Shown piece by piece: positions 9,363 through 19,563 of a stretch of 55,329 bases of DNA. Below the pieces are notes generated by a model. That model was not told the DNA's origin and did not search any database. It saw nothing but the letters and a program-made list of their open reading frames with translations. How positions within the stretch are numbered: position 1 is the first letter of the stretch; every line of letters starts with the position of its first letter. The stretch covers positions 1 through 55,329 of the forward strand of contig VGTO01000002.1 in NCBI GenBank assembly GCA_016874655.1, read 5' to 3'. The position numbers and the translations under genes are program-made. Source of the stretch: Bacillota bacterium. GTDB lineage: Bacteria; Bacillota; Dethiobacteria; DTU022.

Positions 9363-10961
9363 CTAAAACCTGCAGCCAAATGATGTGCCGACAGCAACCG
9401 CGGAGCGCACCTGTTCACTGTCCGGATCAACCCGCTTGGTACCGGCTACAGCTTCCTCCAAAGTTACAGATTGGATATTGTTTCCTTTAAGACAAACCAT
9501 TCTGTTGAAATTCTTATCATCAACCAGCTCAACCGCTTTGACCCCAAAACGGGTGGCCAAAACCCGATCATATGAGGTGGGGCTGCCACCCCGCTGCAGG
9601 TGACCAAGCACGGTAGCACGGCTTTCCATGCCGGTCATTTTTTCGATCTCTCTGGAGACCAAAGGGCCGATGCCACCCAGCCTCTTAACACCACCACGGT
9701 CCTCATAAAGGGGCTCTCCCCCGGCCAGGTAAGCACCTTCAGCAACAACAATAATGCTGAATTTTTTACCGAGGCTGCGCCGCTCATTGATCTTTGCGGC
9801 AATACAGCTAAATTCAAAAGGCAGTTCCGGAATGAGAATAATATCGCCTCCGCCGGCCATCCCGGCCTGCAGGGCAATCCACCCCACATGCCTGCCCATC
9901 ACCTCAACCACCATGATCCGGTGATGTGACTCAGCTGTAGTGTGAATTTTATCAATAGCCTCGGTAGCCGTTGTCACAGCCGAGTCGAAACCGAAGGTTA
10001 TATCGGTGGCCGGCAGATCATTATCAATCGTTTTCGGAATGCCGATAATCGGCACCCCCAGTTCGCTGAAACGGTGGGCCAACAGTAAACTGCCGTCACC
10101 ACCGATTACCACCAGGCAGCTGATACCCCAACGTTCGAGATTAGCCAGGGCATCAGCCGAGCGATCCTCACCGGTCTTGGTATAGTCAGACCCTGATGGT
10201 TTATAGTCAAAGGGATTATCGCGGTTGGAAGTGCCCAATATTGTTCCCCCGCGGTTGAGGATACCCGATACTGCAAGGTCGTTAATAACCTGAGCATCAT
10301 TTTCAACCAGCCCTTTAAACCCGTTATTAAAGCCAACCACTTCCAAGCCATAATTATGGGCAGCCCCTTTAACTACCGCCCTGATAACCGCATTTAAGCC
10401 GGGGCAATCGCCACCGCCGGTCAGAACACCAATCCGTTTACCGGTCTTATTAAGCTTTAGAGTTGGCCATTGATCGTTTTGGCAGGAGCGAGCTGTCTCA
10501 TCCACACCAAGGTGATCCTGATTAATTGCTTCACGTGCCATCTGGTCCACCCTATTGTTAAGCTGGTCGTCTCCATGTCCTTTTACCTTATGCCACTTAA
10601 CGTTTAGTTTTCCTGTCAGCTCAAGCAGTTTCAGCCACAGGTCACGGTTTTCAACCGGATCTCCTTTGCTGTTACGCCAACCATTTTTTTGCCAGCGGTC
10701 CATCCAGCTCTGCTGGAAACAGTTGACCAGGTAGGCGCTGTCGCTGAAAACCATGACCGCGCTGCCTGACGGTATCTGGGACAAGGCCTCGACTGCTGCT
10801 GTCAGCTCCATCCTCTGGTTTGTTGTAGCCGCTGTGCTTCCGGATAGCTCCTCTTCTTCTTCGCCAAACCGAATTATCGCCGCCCAGCCACCGGGACCAG
10901 GGTTCCCGGAACAAGATCCATCAGTGTAGACAATGTATTCATTACTGCTCATGCCGGTCAT
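9363..10961 (-). CDS. Fusion ORF: RNase HI domain (N-terminal) plus PfkA-family 6-phosphofructokinase (C-terminal)
   Basis: Residues 1-146 form a complete type-1 RNase H (YTDGSCSGNPGPGGWAAI, NQRMELTA, FSDSAYLVN, NNRVDQMAREA). After a roughly 28-aa linker comes a full PFK (RIGVLTGGGDCPGLNAVIRA, VVIGGDGS, PKTIDNDL, EVMGRHVGW, GHLQRGG). The frame is continuous, with no stop in the linker; the only in-frame ATG/GTG/TTG there is a GTG (LGVDE) with no stop upstream, so it would not yield a separate rnhA product. Confidence 0.85.
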   Translation of the reverse strand: MTGMSSNEYIVYTDGSCSGNPGPGGWAAIIRFGEEEEELSGSTAATTNQRMELTAAVEALSQIPSGSAVMVFSDSAYLVNCFQQSWMDRWQKNGWRNSKGDPVENRDLWLKLLELTGKLNVKWHKVKGHGDDQLNNRVDQMAREAINQDHLGVDETARSCQNDQWPTLKLNKTGKRIGVLTGGGDCPGLNAVIRAVVKGAAHNYGLEVVGFNNGFKGLVENDAQVINDLAVSGILNRGGTILGTSNRDNPFDYKPSGSDYTKTGEDRSADALANLERWGISCLVVIGGDGSLLLAHRFSELGVPIIGIPKTIDNDLPATDITFGFDSAVTTATEAIDKIHTTAESHHRIMVVEVMGRHVGWIALQAGMAGGGDIILIPELPFEFSCIAAKINERRSLGKKFSIIVVAEGAYLAGGEPLYEDRGGVKRLGGIGPLVSREIEKMTGMESRATVLGHLQRGGSPTSYDRVLATRFGVKAVELVDDKNFNRMVCLKGNNIQSVTLEEAVAGTKRVDPDSEQVRSAVAVGTSFGCRF

Positions 10962-10973
10962 CCTTCTTCCGAA

Positions 10974-13721
10974 TTATTGCGTGAGGCTGGATAGATCATT
11001 TAAAATCTGTTCCAGTTCACCAATCTTTTCACCATATCCGGCCCAGTCGCCTTCCTGCTGACGCATTAAAGCTTCTTCGTAAACGCTTTGCGCCCTGCGA
11101 ATCAGTTCAATTAATAGTGTACCCTCAACGGCAGGAAGATCATCGGCTGGCGGTTGGTCTTCTTCAGGCAGCTCGAAGGGTAGTTCATCTGGATCCAAGT
11201 CAGAAGGAAGGGCATCAATTTCACCGAAAACACGGATTAAACCCTTCTCCAAAGTATCTTCCATAATAACGGTTTCCCCGAACACCACAATTACCCGAGC
11301 CAGTTCAGGCAAGCCGCCTCCTTCAGCTTCAAGAAAGATTGGTTCGACATAAAGCAGGGCATTATTGATTGGTAGCACCAGCAAGTTTCCACGAATAACC
11401 CTTGAACCAGCCTGACCCCAGAGGGTAAACTGCTCGGAGATCTCGGTACTCTGGTCTATCCGGTTCTCAATCTGATTTGGGCCGAGAATTACCCGTTCCT
11501 TGGGAAAGAGAAAGATCTCAACATCGCCGTAGTTTGGTTGATCACAACGGGCAACCATCCAGGCGATCATATTGTTGCGTTGATCCGGGGTGAAAGGCAA
11601 AATCAAGACGTATTCCGGCTCACTATAACCAGGCAGCTGCAGGATAGTATAGTAAGGCTCCATATTCTGTTCCTGTCCGAATGACTGCTCCAACGGTATC
11701 GCCCAAAGGTCCTCACGGGTATAGAAAACATTCGGATCAGTAATATGATAAAGAGTAAGAATTTGCGCCTGAATATTAAAAAGATCCTCAGGATAGCGCA
11801 GATGGGCCATTAAACCAATAGGCATCTCCTCCATAGGACTGAACAGTTCGGGGAAAATACCGGCATAGGTTTGAACCAGGGGATCTGAAGGGTCAACGAT
11901 ATAGTAGCGAACACTTCCGTTGTAAGCATCGATCACCACTTTCACCGAGTTCCTGATGTAGTTGATGTTACCGTAAGGTGCTGCATAGGGATAACTGCTG
12001 GTTGCGGTATAGGCATCCTGGATCCAGAAAAGACGACCATCATCAACAACAATGTAGGGGTCACCGTCGTAACTCAAGAAAGGCGCCAGTTTGCGAACCC
12101 GTTCATGAATGTTACGATCAAATAAGACTTTGCTTTCGTTACTGAGTTCATTGGATACGAGAATCCGGTACTCCCCGAATTTTAAAGCAAAGAGCGCCCG
12201 GCGTAAAAATGAGTGAATCTCGACACCGGCTTCACCATCGTAAAATGTAAATTCATTAACATCACCAGCAGTGGCATAATGGAATTCCGGTGTATCAGTA
12301 TTAACAATAACGTAATCATTGGTCAGTTCACCAAAATAGATAGCCGGGTTATCAAGGTTAACGTTGCCGATCGGTGGAATATCCCCCAGGAAATAGCGAG
12401 GTAAACCTTCATTGGTCACCTCGTTCACCGGGCTTATCGTCACACCATAACCATGAGTCCACTGCAGCTGCAGGTTAACCCAGGTTTGAGCCTGTGCGGC
12501 AAGGCGACTCTTATCAAGCTCACGCGCGGCTATCATTACCTGACGATAACTGTCATCGATCACGTAGCGATCAACATCAACATCGGTAAAACGGTAGTAA
12601 AGCCTGATGGCCTGCAGTTCATTAAAAGTGGTTAAAAGCGGACGGTAATCCCAAAGCCTGACGTTGTTTATAGTACCTGAGTTTTCACGTAAGTCATCCC
12701 AAGTCAATTGAGCGCTCGGATCATAGCGCCTGGTGGCAAATTCCTCAACTCCATAAGCCATCCGGGTAAAAGCAATGTTGTGTTCTAAATACTCACGTTC
12801 AAAATTAAATTCGCTCGGCTCAACGACAAAGCTCTGGATCGCTGCCGGGTAAGCACCACCGCCAAGCATGGAAACACCGGTTAAGACAAGGATCCCATAA
12901 ATAAAAAGCCTGTACCGACGCAGGAAAATATTAGCCACAAAAACAAGGGCAATAACTAGCGCCAGGTACATCAGGATCATTAATACCGGATAGTTGGCGT
13001 GAATATCGGTATAACCAGCCCCATAGACGACTCCACGCTCAGACAATACCAGTTCGAACTGTTTTAGACGGTAATCCCATGCTTTAAGGCCAAAGATTAG
13101 GGCCAGTAAAACCGCGAGGTGACTGACACTGCTGTTCGGCGGCAACATCCAATTTTTCTTACCCTGGGTAGACGGGTTAAGCATCAGATAGATAGCGCCA
13201 ACAATGATTAGCGAGACAACCAGGGTCATCATTAAAAAACTGTAAACAAAGCGGTAAAATGGAAGCTTGAAAACATAAAAGGAAACGTCAGTTCCAAAAA
13301 TTGGATCACTGATATTGAAGGGTACGTGATTCAGGTAGCGTAATAGTTCCATCCAATAACTGCCGGCATAGCCGGATAAAACATAGGCGAGGAAAGCTGC
13401 AGCAGCAAGAAAATAAAAAATGAGGCGCCGCGGAGTCAGATACCGCATCATCCCTGAAGCCATTAATCTTTCCCGTAAAGCAAGGTTAGGAAAACTTAAA
13501 ATATAGCGGCGGGTAAAGAGCAGGTTGATAAAAAGCACTGCAAGAATAAATATAAAAGCCCCGATCCTCATCCCCCACTGGGTCAGATACTGGATCCAGA
13601 AAACCTGACCTGCATCAAGATCGCGGAACCAGAGCAGGTCAAGATAAAAATTAGTACTTGTTAACAAAATCGAACCGATAATTGCCAAAATCACTATAAT
13701 CAATATAAAACGGCTGCGCAT
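10974..13721 (-). CDS. UPF0182 family large membrane protein
   Basis: The likely start is MRSRFILIIVILAIIG, preceded by a GGAGGGG RBS. It has an N-terminal multi-TM region (LDLLWFRDL...) and a long soluble domain with an acidic tail, matching the size and layout of UPF0182/COG1615. Confidence 0.8.
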   Translation of the reverse strand: MRSRFILIIVILAIIGSILLTSTNFYLDLLWFRDLDAGQVFWIQYLTQWGMRIGAFIFILAVLFINLLFTRRYILSFPNLALRERLMASGMMRYLTPRRLIFYFLAAAAFLAYVLSGYAGSYWMELLRYLNHVPFNISDPIFGTDVSFYVFKLPFYRFVYSFLMMTLVVSLIIVGAIYLMLNPSTQGKKNWMLPPNSSVSHLAVLLALIFGLKAWDYRLKQFELVLSERGVVYGAGYTDIHANYPVLMILMYLALVIALVFVANIFLRRYRLFIYGILVLTGVSMLGGGAYPAAIQSFVVEPSEFNFEREYLEHNIAFTRMAYGVEEFATRRYDPSAQLTWDDLRENSGTINNVRLWDYRPLLTTFNELQAIRLYYRFTDVDVDRYVIDDSYRQVMIAARELDKSRLAAQAQTWVNLQLQWTHGYGVTISPVNEVTNEGLPRYFLGDIPPIGNVNLDNPAIYFGELTNDYVIVNTDTPEFHYATAGDVNEFTFYDGEAGVEIHSFLRRALFALKFGEYRILVSNELSNESKVLFDRNIHERVRKLAPFLSYDGDPYIVVDDGRLFWIQDAYTATSSYPYAAPYGNINYIRNSVKVVIDAYNGSVRYYIVDPSDPLVQTYAGIFPELFSPMEEMPIGLMAHLRYPEDLFNIQAQILTLYHITDPNVFYTREDLWAIPLEQSFGQEQNMEPYYTILQLPGYSEPEYVLILPFTPDQRNNMIAWMVARCDQPNYGDVEIFLFPKERVILGPNQIENRIDQSTEISEQFTLWGQAGSRVIRGNLLVLPINNALLYVEPIFLEAEGGGLPELARVIVVFGETVIMEDTLEKGLIRVFGEIDALPSDLDPDELPFELPEEDQPPADDLPAVEGTLLIELIRRAQSVYEEALMRQQEGDWAGYGEKIGELEQILNDLSSLTQ

Positions 13722-13734
13722 TAGTGATCCCCTC

Positions 13735-13765
13735 CGTAAAAATAAATACCGGTGCACTCACCGGT
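13735..13765 (-). promoter_or_regulatory. Terminator-like hairpin plus U-tract inside the 5' leader of the UPF0182 gene
   Basis: Minus strand: ACCGGTG-AGTG-CACCGGT followed by ATTTATTTTTA. It lies between the predicted -10 box and the RBS. Confidence 0.4.
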
Positions 13766-13784
13766 TAGTACTCATCCACCATCA

Positions 13785-13814
13785 ATTGTAGCCTAACCGG
13801 TGTTTGCTTGTCAA
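13785..13814 (-). promoter_or_regulatory. SigmaA-type promoter for the UPF0182 gene
   Basis: Minus strand: TTGACA (13814-13809), 18 nt, TACAAT (13790-13785). Confidence 0.5.
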
Positions 13815-13869
13815 AAAGCGCCGGCTTCGAGACCGCGTCAAGGGGCAAATTAGCTTCTGTTTTACGACC

Positions 13870-14529
13870 TTACCGCTTGACGATCGATACCCCGGAACTG
13901 GTTCCAATCCTGGTTGCTCCGGCCTTAATCATCTGCAAAGCGGCATCAAGATCACGGACTCCACCTGATGCTTTTACTCCAATATTTGGCCCTACCGTTT
14001 CACGCATCAGCATAACATCGGCGACGGTTGCTCCACCCGGCCCAAATCCGGTCGAAGTTTTAACATAGCTGGCTCCTGCGTTTTTCGCCAGCACGCAGGC
14101 CGACACTTTTTCTTCTTCAGTGAGTAGCCCGGTTTCAATGATCACCTTCACCGGGCAACCTGCTGCCGCTTTCACTACGGCAGCGATGTCTGCTGCTATG
14201 TAATCTTCTCTTTTATCCTTCAGAGCGCCAACATGGATCACCATATCAATTTCTGCAGCACCGTTTTCAACAGCCTCAGCCGCTTCAAAAGATTTTACTG
14301 CTGTCGTCGTCGCCCCCAGGGGAAAACCGACCACACAGCAAACCCTGACTTTGCTGCCCTGCAGGGCCTGGACAGCAGTTTTTACATAAGAGGGATTGAT
14401 ACAGACTGAATAGAAATTGAATTTGACGGCCTCACGGCACAGTTCCCCAATCTGCGCTTCAGTTGCTTCCGGCTTTAGCAGGGTATGATCGATATAACCG
14501 GCCATATTCTCTGACATTTTTACAATCAC
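13870..14529 (-). CDS. deoC: Deoxyribose-phosphate aldolase
   Basis: [21 protein letters not shown] and the active-site region VKTSTGF. Confidence 0.9.
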   Translation of the reverse strand: MIVKMSENMAGYIDHTLLKPEATEAQIGELCREAVKFNFYSVCINPSYVKTAVQALQGSKVRVCCVVGFPLGATTTAVKSFEAAEAVENGAAEIDMVIHVGALKDKREDYIAADIAAVVKAAAGCPVKVIIETGLLTEEEKVSACVLAKNAGASYVKTSTGFGPGGATVADVMLMRETVGPNIGVKASGGVRDLDAALQMIKAGATRIGTSSGVSIVKR

Positions 14530-14541
14530 TCCAGTTACTGT

Positions 14542-15855
14542 TTACTCAACAACACCTAAGATCAGCTCTTCTTTTTCAACCATTACATCCTGCAATTCAT
14601 AGGCTTCGATAACCATTTTCTGAACGCTATTAAGCAGTTCGGCCTGCGCGTCAACGCTGGCATGAATTGTTGCCAAACTCTCTCCGACTTGAACCGGATC
14701 GCCAATTTTTTTATTGAGCATAATTCCGACTGCCGGATCGATCACCGAATCTTTATTTTCCCTTCCGGCGCCCAGGCTCATAGCCGCGAGGCCAATCGCT
14801 TCCGCCTCCAAACGCTGGACGTAACCACCGGAAGGCGCTTTTACTGCCACCACTTTTCCGGCTTGCGGCAGCAGGGATAAATCCTCGGCCACGGCATCAT
14901 TGCCGTGCTGCTGACGCACCATCTCTTTAAACTTCTCCAGGGCTGAACCGCTGGCAATCGTTTTCATCAGTAAGTCCCTGCCCTGATCGGGATGAGCACA
15001 CTTGCCGGCCAGGGTCAGCATCCAACCCCCGAGTGTAAGGCACAGTTCTTCCAAATCCGGTGGTCCTTCGCCTTTAAGGGTTTCAATTGCTTCCTTCACC
15101 TCGAGAGCATTACCAACAGCAGCTCCGAGCGGCTGATCCATGTTAGTTACCACAGCCACTGTTTTACGACCGGCCCTGTTACCGATTGCTACCATCATTC
15201 GAGCTAGCTCAAAAGCAGCTTCCCGATCTTTTAAAAAAGCGCCATCGCCTGTTTTTACATCCAGGACCAGGGCATCAGCCCCGGAAGCCAGTTTTTTACT
15301 CATAATACTGCCGGCAATCAGCGGCATACTATCCACGGTAGCCGTAACATCTCTTAAGGCGTAGAGCAGCTTATCAGCGGGCACCAGGTTACCGGTTTGA
15401 CCGGCCACTGCCACACCAATTTGACTGACGGCGGCAACCAGATCGTCCAGGGACATTTCTGTTTTGAAGCCTGGTATGGATTCAAGTTTATCAAGAGTGC
15501 CTCCGGTGTGGCCAAGACCCCTTCCGGACAGTTTAGCCACTGGTGCCCCCGCCGCGGCTACGAGTGGGGCAAGCACTATGGTTGTAGTATCACCTACCCC
15601 GCCGGTGCTGTGCTTATCAACCTTCACGCCTGGAATGGCGCTCAGATCGATAGTATCACCCGAGTTGACCATTGCCCCGGTCAGGTTGAGGGTTTCTTCT
15701 TCATTCATGTCCTTAAAATAGATAGCCATCATTAAAGCCGACATCTGGTAATCGGGGATCTTTCCCTGAACGTAGCCGTTGATTAAAAAGTCTATTTCCG
15801 CTTTATTCAGAGCAGAACCGTTACGTTTCTTTAAGATCAGATCGTAGACTCGCAA
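14542..15855 (-). CDS. pdp: Pyrimidine-nucleoside (thymidine) phosphorylase
   Basis: [13 protein letters not shown]...[23 protein letters not shown] and [16 protein letters not shown] are family hallmarks. Confidence 0.9.
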   Translation of the reverse strand: MRVYDLILKKRNGSALNKAEIDFLINGYVQGKIPDYQMSALMMAIYFKDMNEEETLNLTGAMVNSGDTIDLSAIPGVKVDKHSTGGVGDTTTIVLAPLVAAAGAPVAKLSGRGLGHTGGTLDKLESIPGFKTEMSLDDLVAAVSQIGVAVAGQTGNLVPADKLLYALRDVTATVDSMPLIAGSIMSKKLASGADALVLDVKTGDGAFLKDREAAFELARMMVAIGNRAGRKTVAVVTNMDQPLGAAVGNALEVKEAIETLKGEGPPDLEELCLTLGGWMLTLAGKCAHPDQGRDLLMKTIASGSALEKFKEMVRQQHGNDAVAEDLSLLPQAGKVVAVKAPSGGYVQRLEAEAIGLAAMSLGAGRENKDSVIDPAVGIMLNKKIGDPVQVGESLATIHASVDAQAELLNSVQKMVIEAYELQDVMVEKEELILGVVE

Positions 15856-15881
15856 GAATAAGCCTCCAAATTAATTATAGA

Positions 15882-16832
15882 TCAGCGTTTCCCCTTATCA
15901 TAAGGCTCCCCGATTGCTTTTGGCGCCTGAGAAGATTTTGAGGACAAAATCAGGGCCAGCAGGGTAATAACGTAGGGAAAAGTCTTGAGATAAATACCCG
16001 GTATCTGGGCCAAAACCGGAATAACCTGCGACACGTTGGCCACCGTGCTGGCAAAGCCGAAGAAAAAGGTCGCGCCGAGTATGCCCCATGGTTTCCACTG
16101 ACCGAAGATCAAGGCGGCCAGGGCCAAAAAACCAAGACCGGCTGCTGTGCCGTTAAATTCCCCGGAAAGAGTGACAATAAAAGTTGCTCCCCCCAGCCCG
16201 GCACAGGCACCGGAAATCATTACAGCCATGTAGCGCATCAAATATACGTTGACCCCGGCCGAATCGGCAGCATGGGGATGTTCGCCACAGGCCCGCAAGC
16301 GTAAACCAAAACGGGTTTTATATAATAAAAAAGTAGCCAGGACCAGGACCAGCAAGATCAGCCAGGTTGTGGCATAAGTCTGGGTAAAAAACAGCCGTCC
16401 AAGGACCGGAATATCCGAGAGAAATGGAATCGTAATCCGTGGCATACCCCTGATAATCTGCAGATTGCCGCTGCCGGTAAAAAAGCGGGCCAGGTATACA
16501 GTTATCGCGCTGGCAATCATATTGATGGCTATACCGCTGATCACCTGGTTGGCATTTAAAGTAACACAGGCAAAAGCATGAAGCAGGGCAAAAAGGGCTC
16601 CGAAAAAAGCTGCAGCCAACAGGCCAATCCAGACTGCTGTTCCGGGGTAAGTTGATTCGATGCTTGAAATAACATAGGCGCCGACAAACATGCCCATCAA
16701 CATCAACCCTTCAAGACCGATGTTGATCACGCCACTTCTTTCGCTGAAGAGCCCGCCAAGTGAAGTGATCAGCAGTGGGATAGTGAAAGCAATGGCATAA
16801 GGAAATAGTTGGTAGATAAGATCAACCATCAC
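15882..16832 (-). CDS. Nucleoside/BMP-type ABC transporter permease
   Basis: 316-aa polytopic ORF overlapping the upstream permease, within the BMP-lipoprotein ABC operon. Confidence 0.85.
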   Translation of the reverse strand: MMVDLIYQLFPYAIAFTIPLLITSLGGLFSERSGVINIGLEGLMLMGMFVGAYVISSIESTYPGTAVWIGLLAAAFFGALFALLHAFACVTLNANQVISGIAINMIASAITVYLARFFTGSGNLQIIRGMPRITIPFLSDIPVLGRLFFTQTYATTWLILLVLVLATFLLYKTRFGLRLRACGEHPHAADSAGVNVYLMRYMAVMISGACAGLGGATFIVTLSGEFNGTAAGLGFLALAALIFGQWKPWGILGATFFFGFASTVANVSQVIPVLAQIPGIYLKTFPYVITLLALILSSKSSQAPKAIGEPYDKGKR

Positions 16833-17944
16833 TGATCACCTCCTGCTTCAACTTCCAGGCTTTCTTTCTTTTTGCGCCTCAGGAGGTTATCCCGGTTAAA
16901 TTTTAACAATTTGTCCCAATTTCGCTCGATTAAAACACTGGTGGCGGCAAAATAAATGATCGTAGCGATGATCGTATCGGCTATTTCAGGAGGAATGGCG
17001 GTCATTGCATTCATGAAACCTTTACCCGTGTGAAGAATGCCAAAAAAGATCGCGGCGGCAAATACGCCCCAGGGAGAATTGGCGCCGAGAAGCGCCACGG
17101 CAATCCCATCAAAGCCCTGGGCAGGCAAAACACCGATCTGCATATTCGAGGCAAAACCAACATAAAAAGTGGCCCCGCCAAGACCGGCCAGGGCACCGGC
17201 GATAGCCATTGAGAGGATTACGTTGCGGTTGACATTAATCCCGGCTGCGCCGGCAGCATCGCGGTTATAACCAACCGCTTTCAGTTCGTAACCCAGGGTA
17301 GTACGCTCCAGGATAAAAGCGCTGATCACAACAACGATTATAGCCAGAAAAAAGCCTAAGTTAATAAAAGAGCCGCTGAAGAGGCTGGTCAGCCAGGGTA
17401 CTTTCAGTGACGCAGCCGCCGGTATTCGCTGCGACTCCGTTTCGAGAAAAGGGCCTTTAAAATACTGCGGCACGATATAAAAAATTATCCAGTAGGCGAT
17501 CCAGTTCATCATAATAGTGGAGACAACCTCGTGAACATTGAACTTAGCTTTCAGCAATCCGGGCAGTGAAGCCCAAAGGGCGCCGCCAATCAGTGCGGCT
17601 ATGATGATTACCGCGAGCAGGATCGGCTTTGGCCAGTCAAAAGTCAGGCCAATTGCCGTCGCACAAAGACCGCCGATTAACATCTGGCCAGCGCCACCGA
17701 TGTTGAAAAGACCAGTTTTAAAGGCAAAAGCAACTGAAAGACCGGCAAAGATTAACGGTGTAGCGGTTGCCAGGGTGTTACCTACCCGCTCGATATTCAT
17801 TAACCCGCCTCTGAATAAAAAGTAGAAACCGTCCAACGGGTTATTACCGGTGGCAATCATCAGGATCGCTCCGGCAATCAAACCTAAGATAACGGCAAAC
17901 ACCGACATCAGGAAGTCCTTTTTCATTCTACCCTTGGTCTTCAA
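16829..17944 (-). CDS. Nucleoside/BMP-type ABC transporter permease
   Basis: 371-aa polytopic ORF that overlaps both neighbouring genes by 4 nt. Confidence 0.85.
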   Translation of the reverse strand: MKTKGRMKKDFLMSVFAVILGLIAGAILMIATGNNPLDGFYFLFRGGLMNIERVGNTLATATPLIFAGLSVAFAFKTGLFNIGGAGQMLIGGLCATAIGLTFDWPKPILLAVIIIAALIGGALWASLPGLLKAKFNVHEVVSTIMMNWIAYWIIFYIVPQYFKGPFLETESQRIPAAASLKVPWLTSLFSGSFINLGFFLAIIVVVISAFILERTTLGYELKAVGYNRDAAGAAGINVNRNVILSMAIAGALAGLGGATFYVGFASNMQIGVLPAQGFDGIAVALLGANSPWGVFAAAIFFGILHTGKGFMNAMTAIPPEIADTIIATIIYFAATSVLIERNWDKLLKFNRDNLLRRKKKESLEVEAGGDQ

Positions 17945-19470
17945 GCGACAGCACCCCGCTTTCCTCCGGCCATCATCAGACCAATTTCGTTTTCATTTGT
18001 CTCCGATGCATTGACCACACCGACAAGCTCACCGTTGTAGATTACAGCGATGCGGTCCGATAAGTCGAGGATCTCATCTAGTTCAAGGGAAATCATGAAT
18101 ACCGCTTTACCCTGATCACGCTGTTCAAGAAGGCGCTGATGGATATATTCAATCGCACCGACATCGAGTCCGCGGGTAGGCTGCACGGCAACAAGCAAGT
18201 TGGGGTTGCCATCAATCTCCCGGCCAACAATGGCTTTCTGCTGGTTTCCACCTGACAGTGAGCGAGCGGAAGCTTCAACGCCCTGACCGCTGCGCACATC
18301 AAAATCGTTGATTACTTTCTCTGCGTGGGCGTAAACGTAATCCCAGTCAATTAGGCCATTGCGGGAAAAGGGCTCAAAATAATAATTCTTTAGAATCAGG
18401 TTTTCCTGCACCGTGTAGTCAAGGATCAGGCCGTGTTTGTGACGATCTTCCGGAATATGAGCCATGCCGGTTTCGATCCGCTTCCTGGTTGAAAGACTGC
18501 TGATATCCTGACCTTTAAGAAAAATACGTCCGTTTTCCGGTTTGCGTAAGCCAATGATCGTTTCGACCAGTTCGGTCTGCCCGTTGCCATCGACCCCGGC
18601 CAGACCGACAATTTCTCCGCATCTGACTCCGAGGCTAAAATTCTTCAGGCCGAGCATCCCATTGCTGTTTCTAACTGAAAGATTTTCTATCTTTAAAATT
18701 TCTTCTGCAGGATGGGCTTCTATTTTATTTAGATCGAAAAGAACTTTACGCCCAACCATCATTTCCGCTAATTTTTCTTCACTGGTATCCGAAACATTAA
18801 CCGTTCCAACTACTTTACCCCAGCGGATGACTGTACAGCGATCGGCAACGGCCATGATTTCCCGTAACTTATGAGTAATGAGGATGATCGTTTTACCTTC
18901 TTCAATCAGGTTATGCATGATCTTGATCAGATCCTGGACTTCCTGGGGTGTTAAGACTGCGGTTGGTTCATCAAAGATCAGGATTTCAGCATCACGGTAG
19001 AGCATTTTTAAGATCTCCACCCGCTGCTGCATCCCTACTGAAACATCCTCAATTTTTGCTTCTGGGTCAACATTCAGTCCGTATCTTTCCGAAAGATCTT
19101 CGATACGGGCTGAAGCAGAGCGGGTATCGACCATCAGGGCCCTGATTGGCTCAATGCCCAAAATTATATTTTCAGTAACCGTGAAATTATGGACAAGTTT
19201 GAAGTGCTGGTGGACCATACCAATGCCTAAGTTATTGGCAACATTTGGGTTGGCAATATTTACCTTTTTGCCGCGCAAGAGGATATCTCCCTGATCCTGC
19301 TGGTAAAGTCCGAAAAGAATATTCATCAGGGTGGACTTACCAGCCCCGTTTTCACCGAGTAGAGCGTGAATTTCACCTTTGCGCACCTTGAATGTTATAT
19401 CATCACAGGCAACCACACCGGGAAAACTTTTACGAATATTGTTCATCTCGACAATAAGTTCCAAAAGCAT
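17941..19470 (-). CDS. ABC transporter ATP-binding protein with two fused ABC domains
   Basis: Walker A GENGAGKST and a second half with LSGGNQQK. At 509 aa it is typical of sugar/nucleoside (CUT2-like) importers. Confidence 0.9.
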   Translation of the reverse strand: MLLELIVEMNNIRKSFPGVVACDDITFKVRKGEIHALLGENGAGKSTLMNILFGLYQQDQGDILLRGKKVNIANPNVANNLGIGMVHQHFKLVHNFTVTENIILGIEPIRALMVDTRSASARIEDLSERYGLNVDPEAKIEDVSVGMQQRVEILKMLYRDAEILIFDEPTAVLTPQEVQDLIKIMHNLIEEGKTIILITHKLREIMAVADRCTVIRWGKVVGTVNVSDTSEEKLAEMMVGRKVLFDLNKIEAHPAEEILKIENLSVRNSNGMLGLKNFSLGVRCGEIVGLAGVDGNGQTELVETIIGLRKPENGRIFLKGQDISSLSTRKRIETGMAHIPEDRHKHGLILDYTVQENLILKNYYFEPFSRNGLIDWDYVYAHAEKVINDFDVRSGQGVEASARSLSGGNQQKAIVGREIDGNPNLLVAVQPTRGLDVGAIEYIHQRLLEQRDQGKAVFMISLELDEILDLSDRIAVIYNGELVGVVNASETNENEIGLMMAGGKRGAVA

Positions 19471-19515
19471 CAGCTCCCAAGGGTTTTTCGAGGAATGTAG
19501 CAGAAAATGATTAGT

Positions 19516-19545
19516 AAAAAAGGGCGGGTTAACCGCCCTTTTTGA
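19516..19545 (-). terminator. Intra-operon intrinsic terminator/attenuator after the binding-protein gene
   Basis: Minus strand: AAAAAGGGCGG-TTAAC-CCGCCCTTTTTT, between the SBP gene stop (19564) and the ATPase gene start (19470). Confidence 0.6.
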
Positions 19546-19563
19546 AATAACATCCTGGAAACA

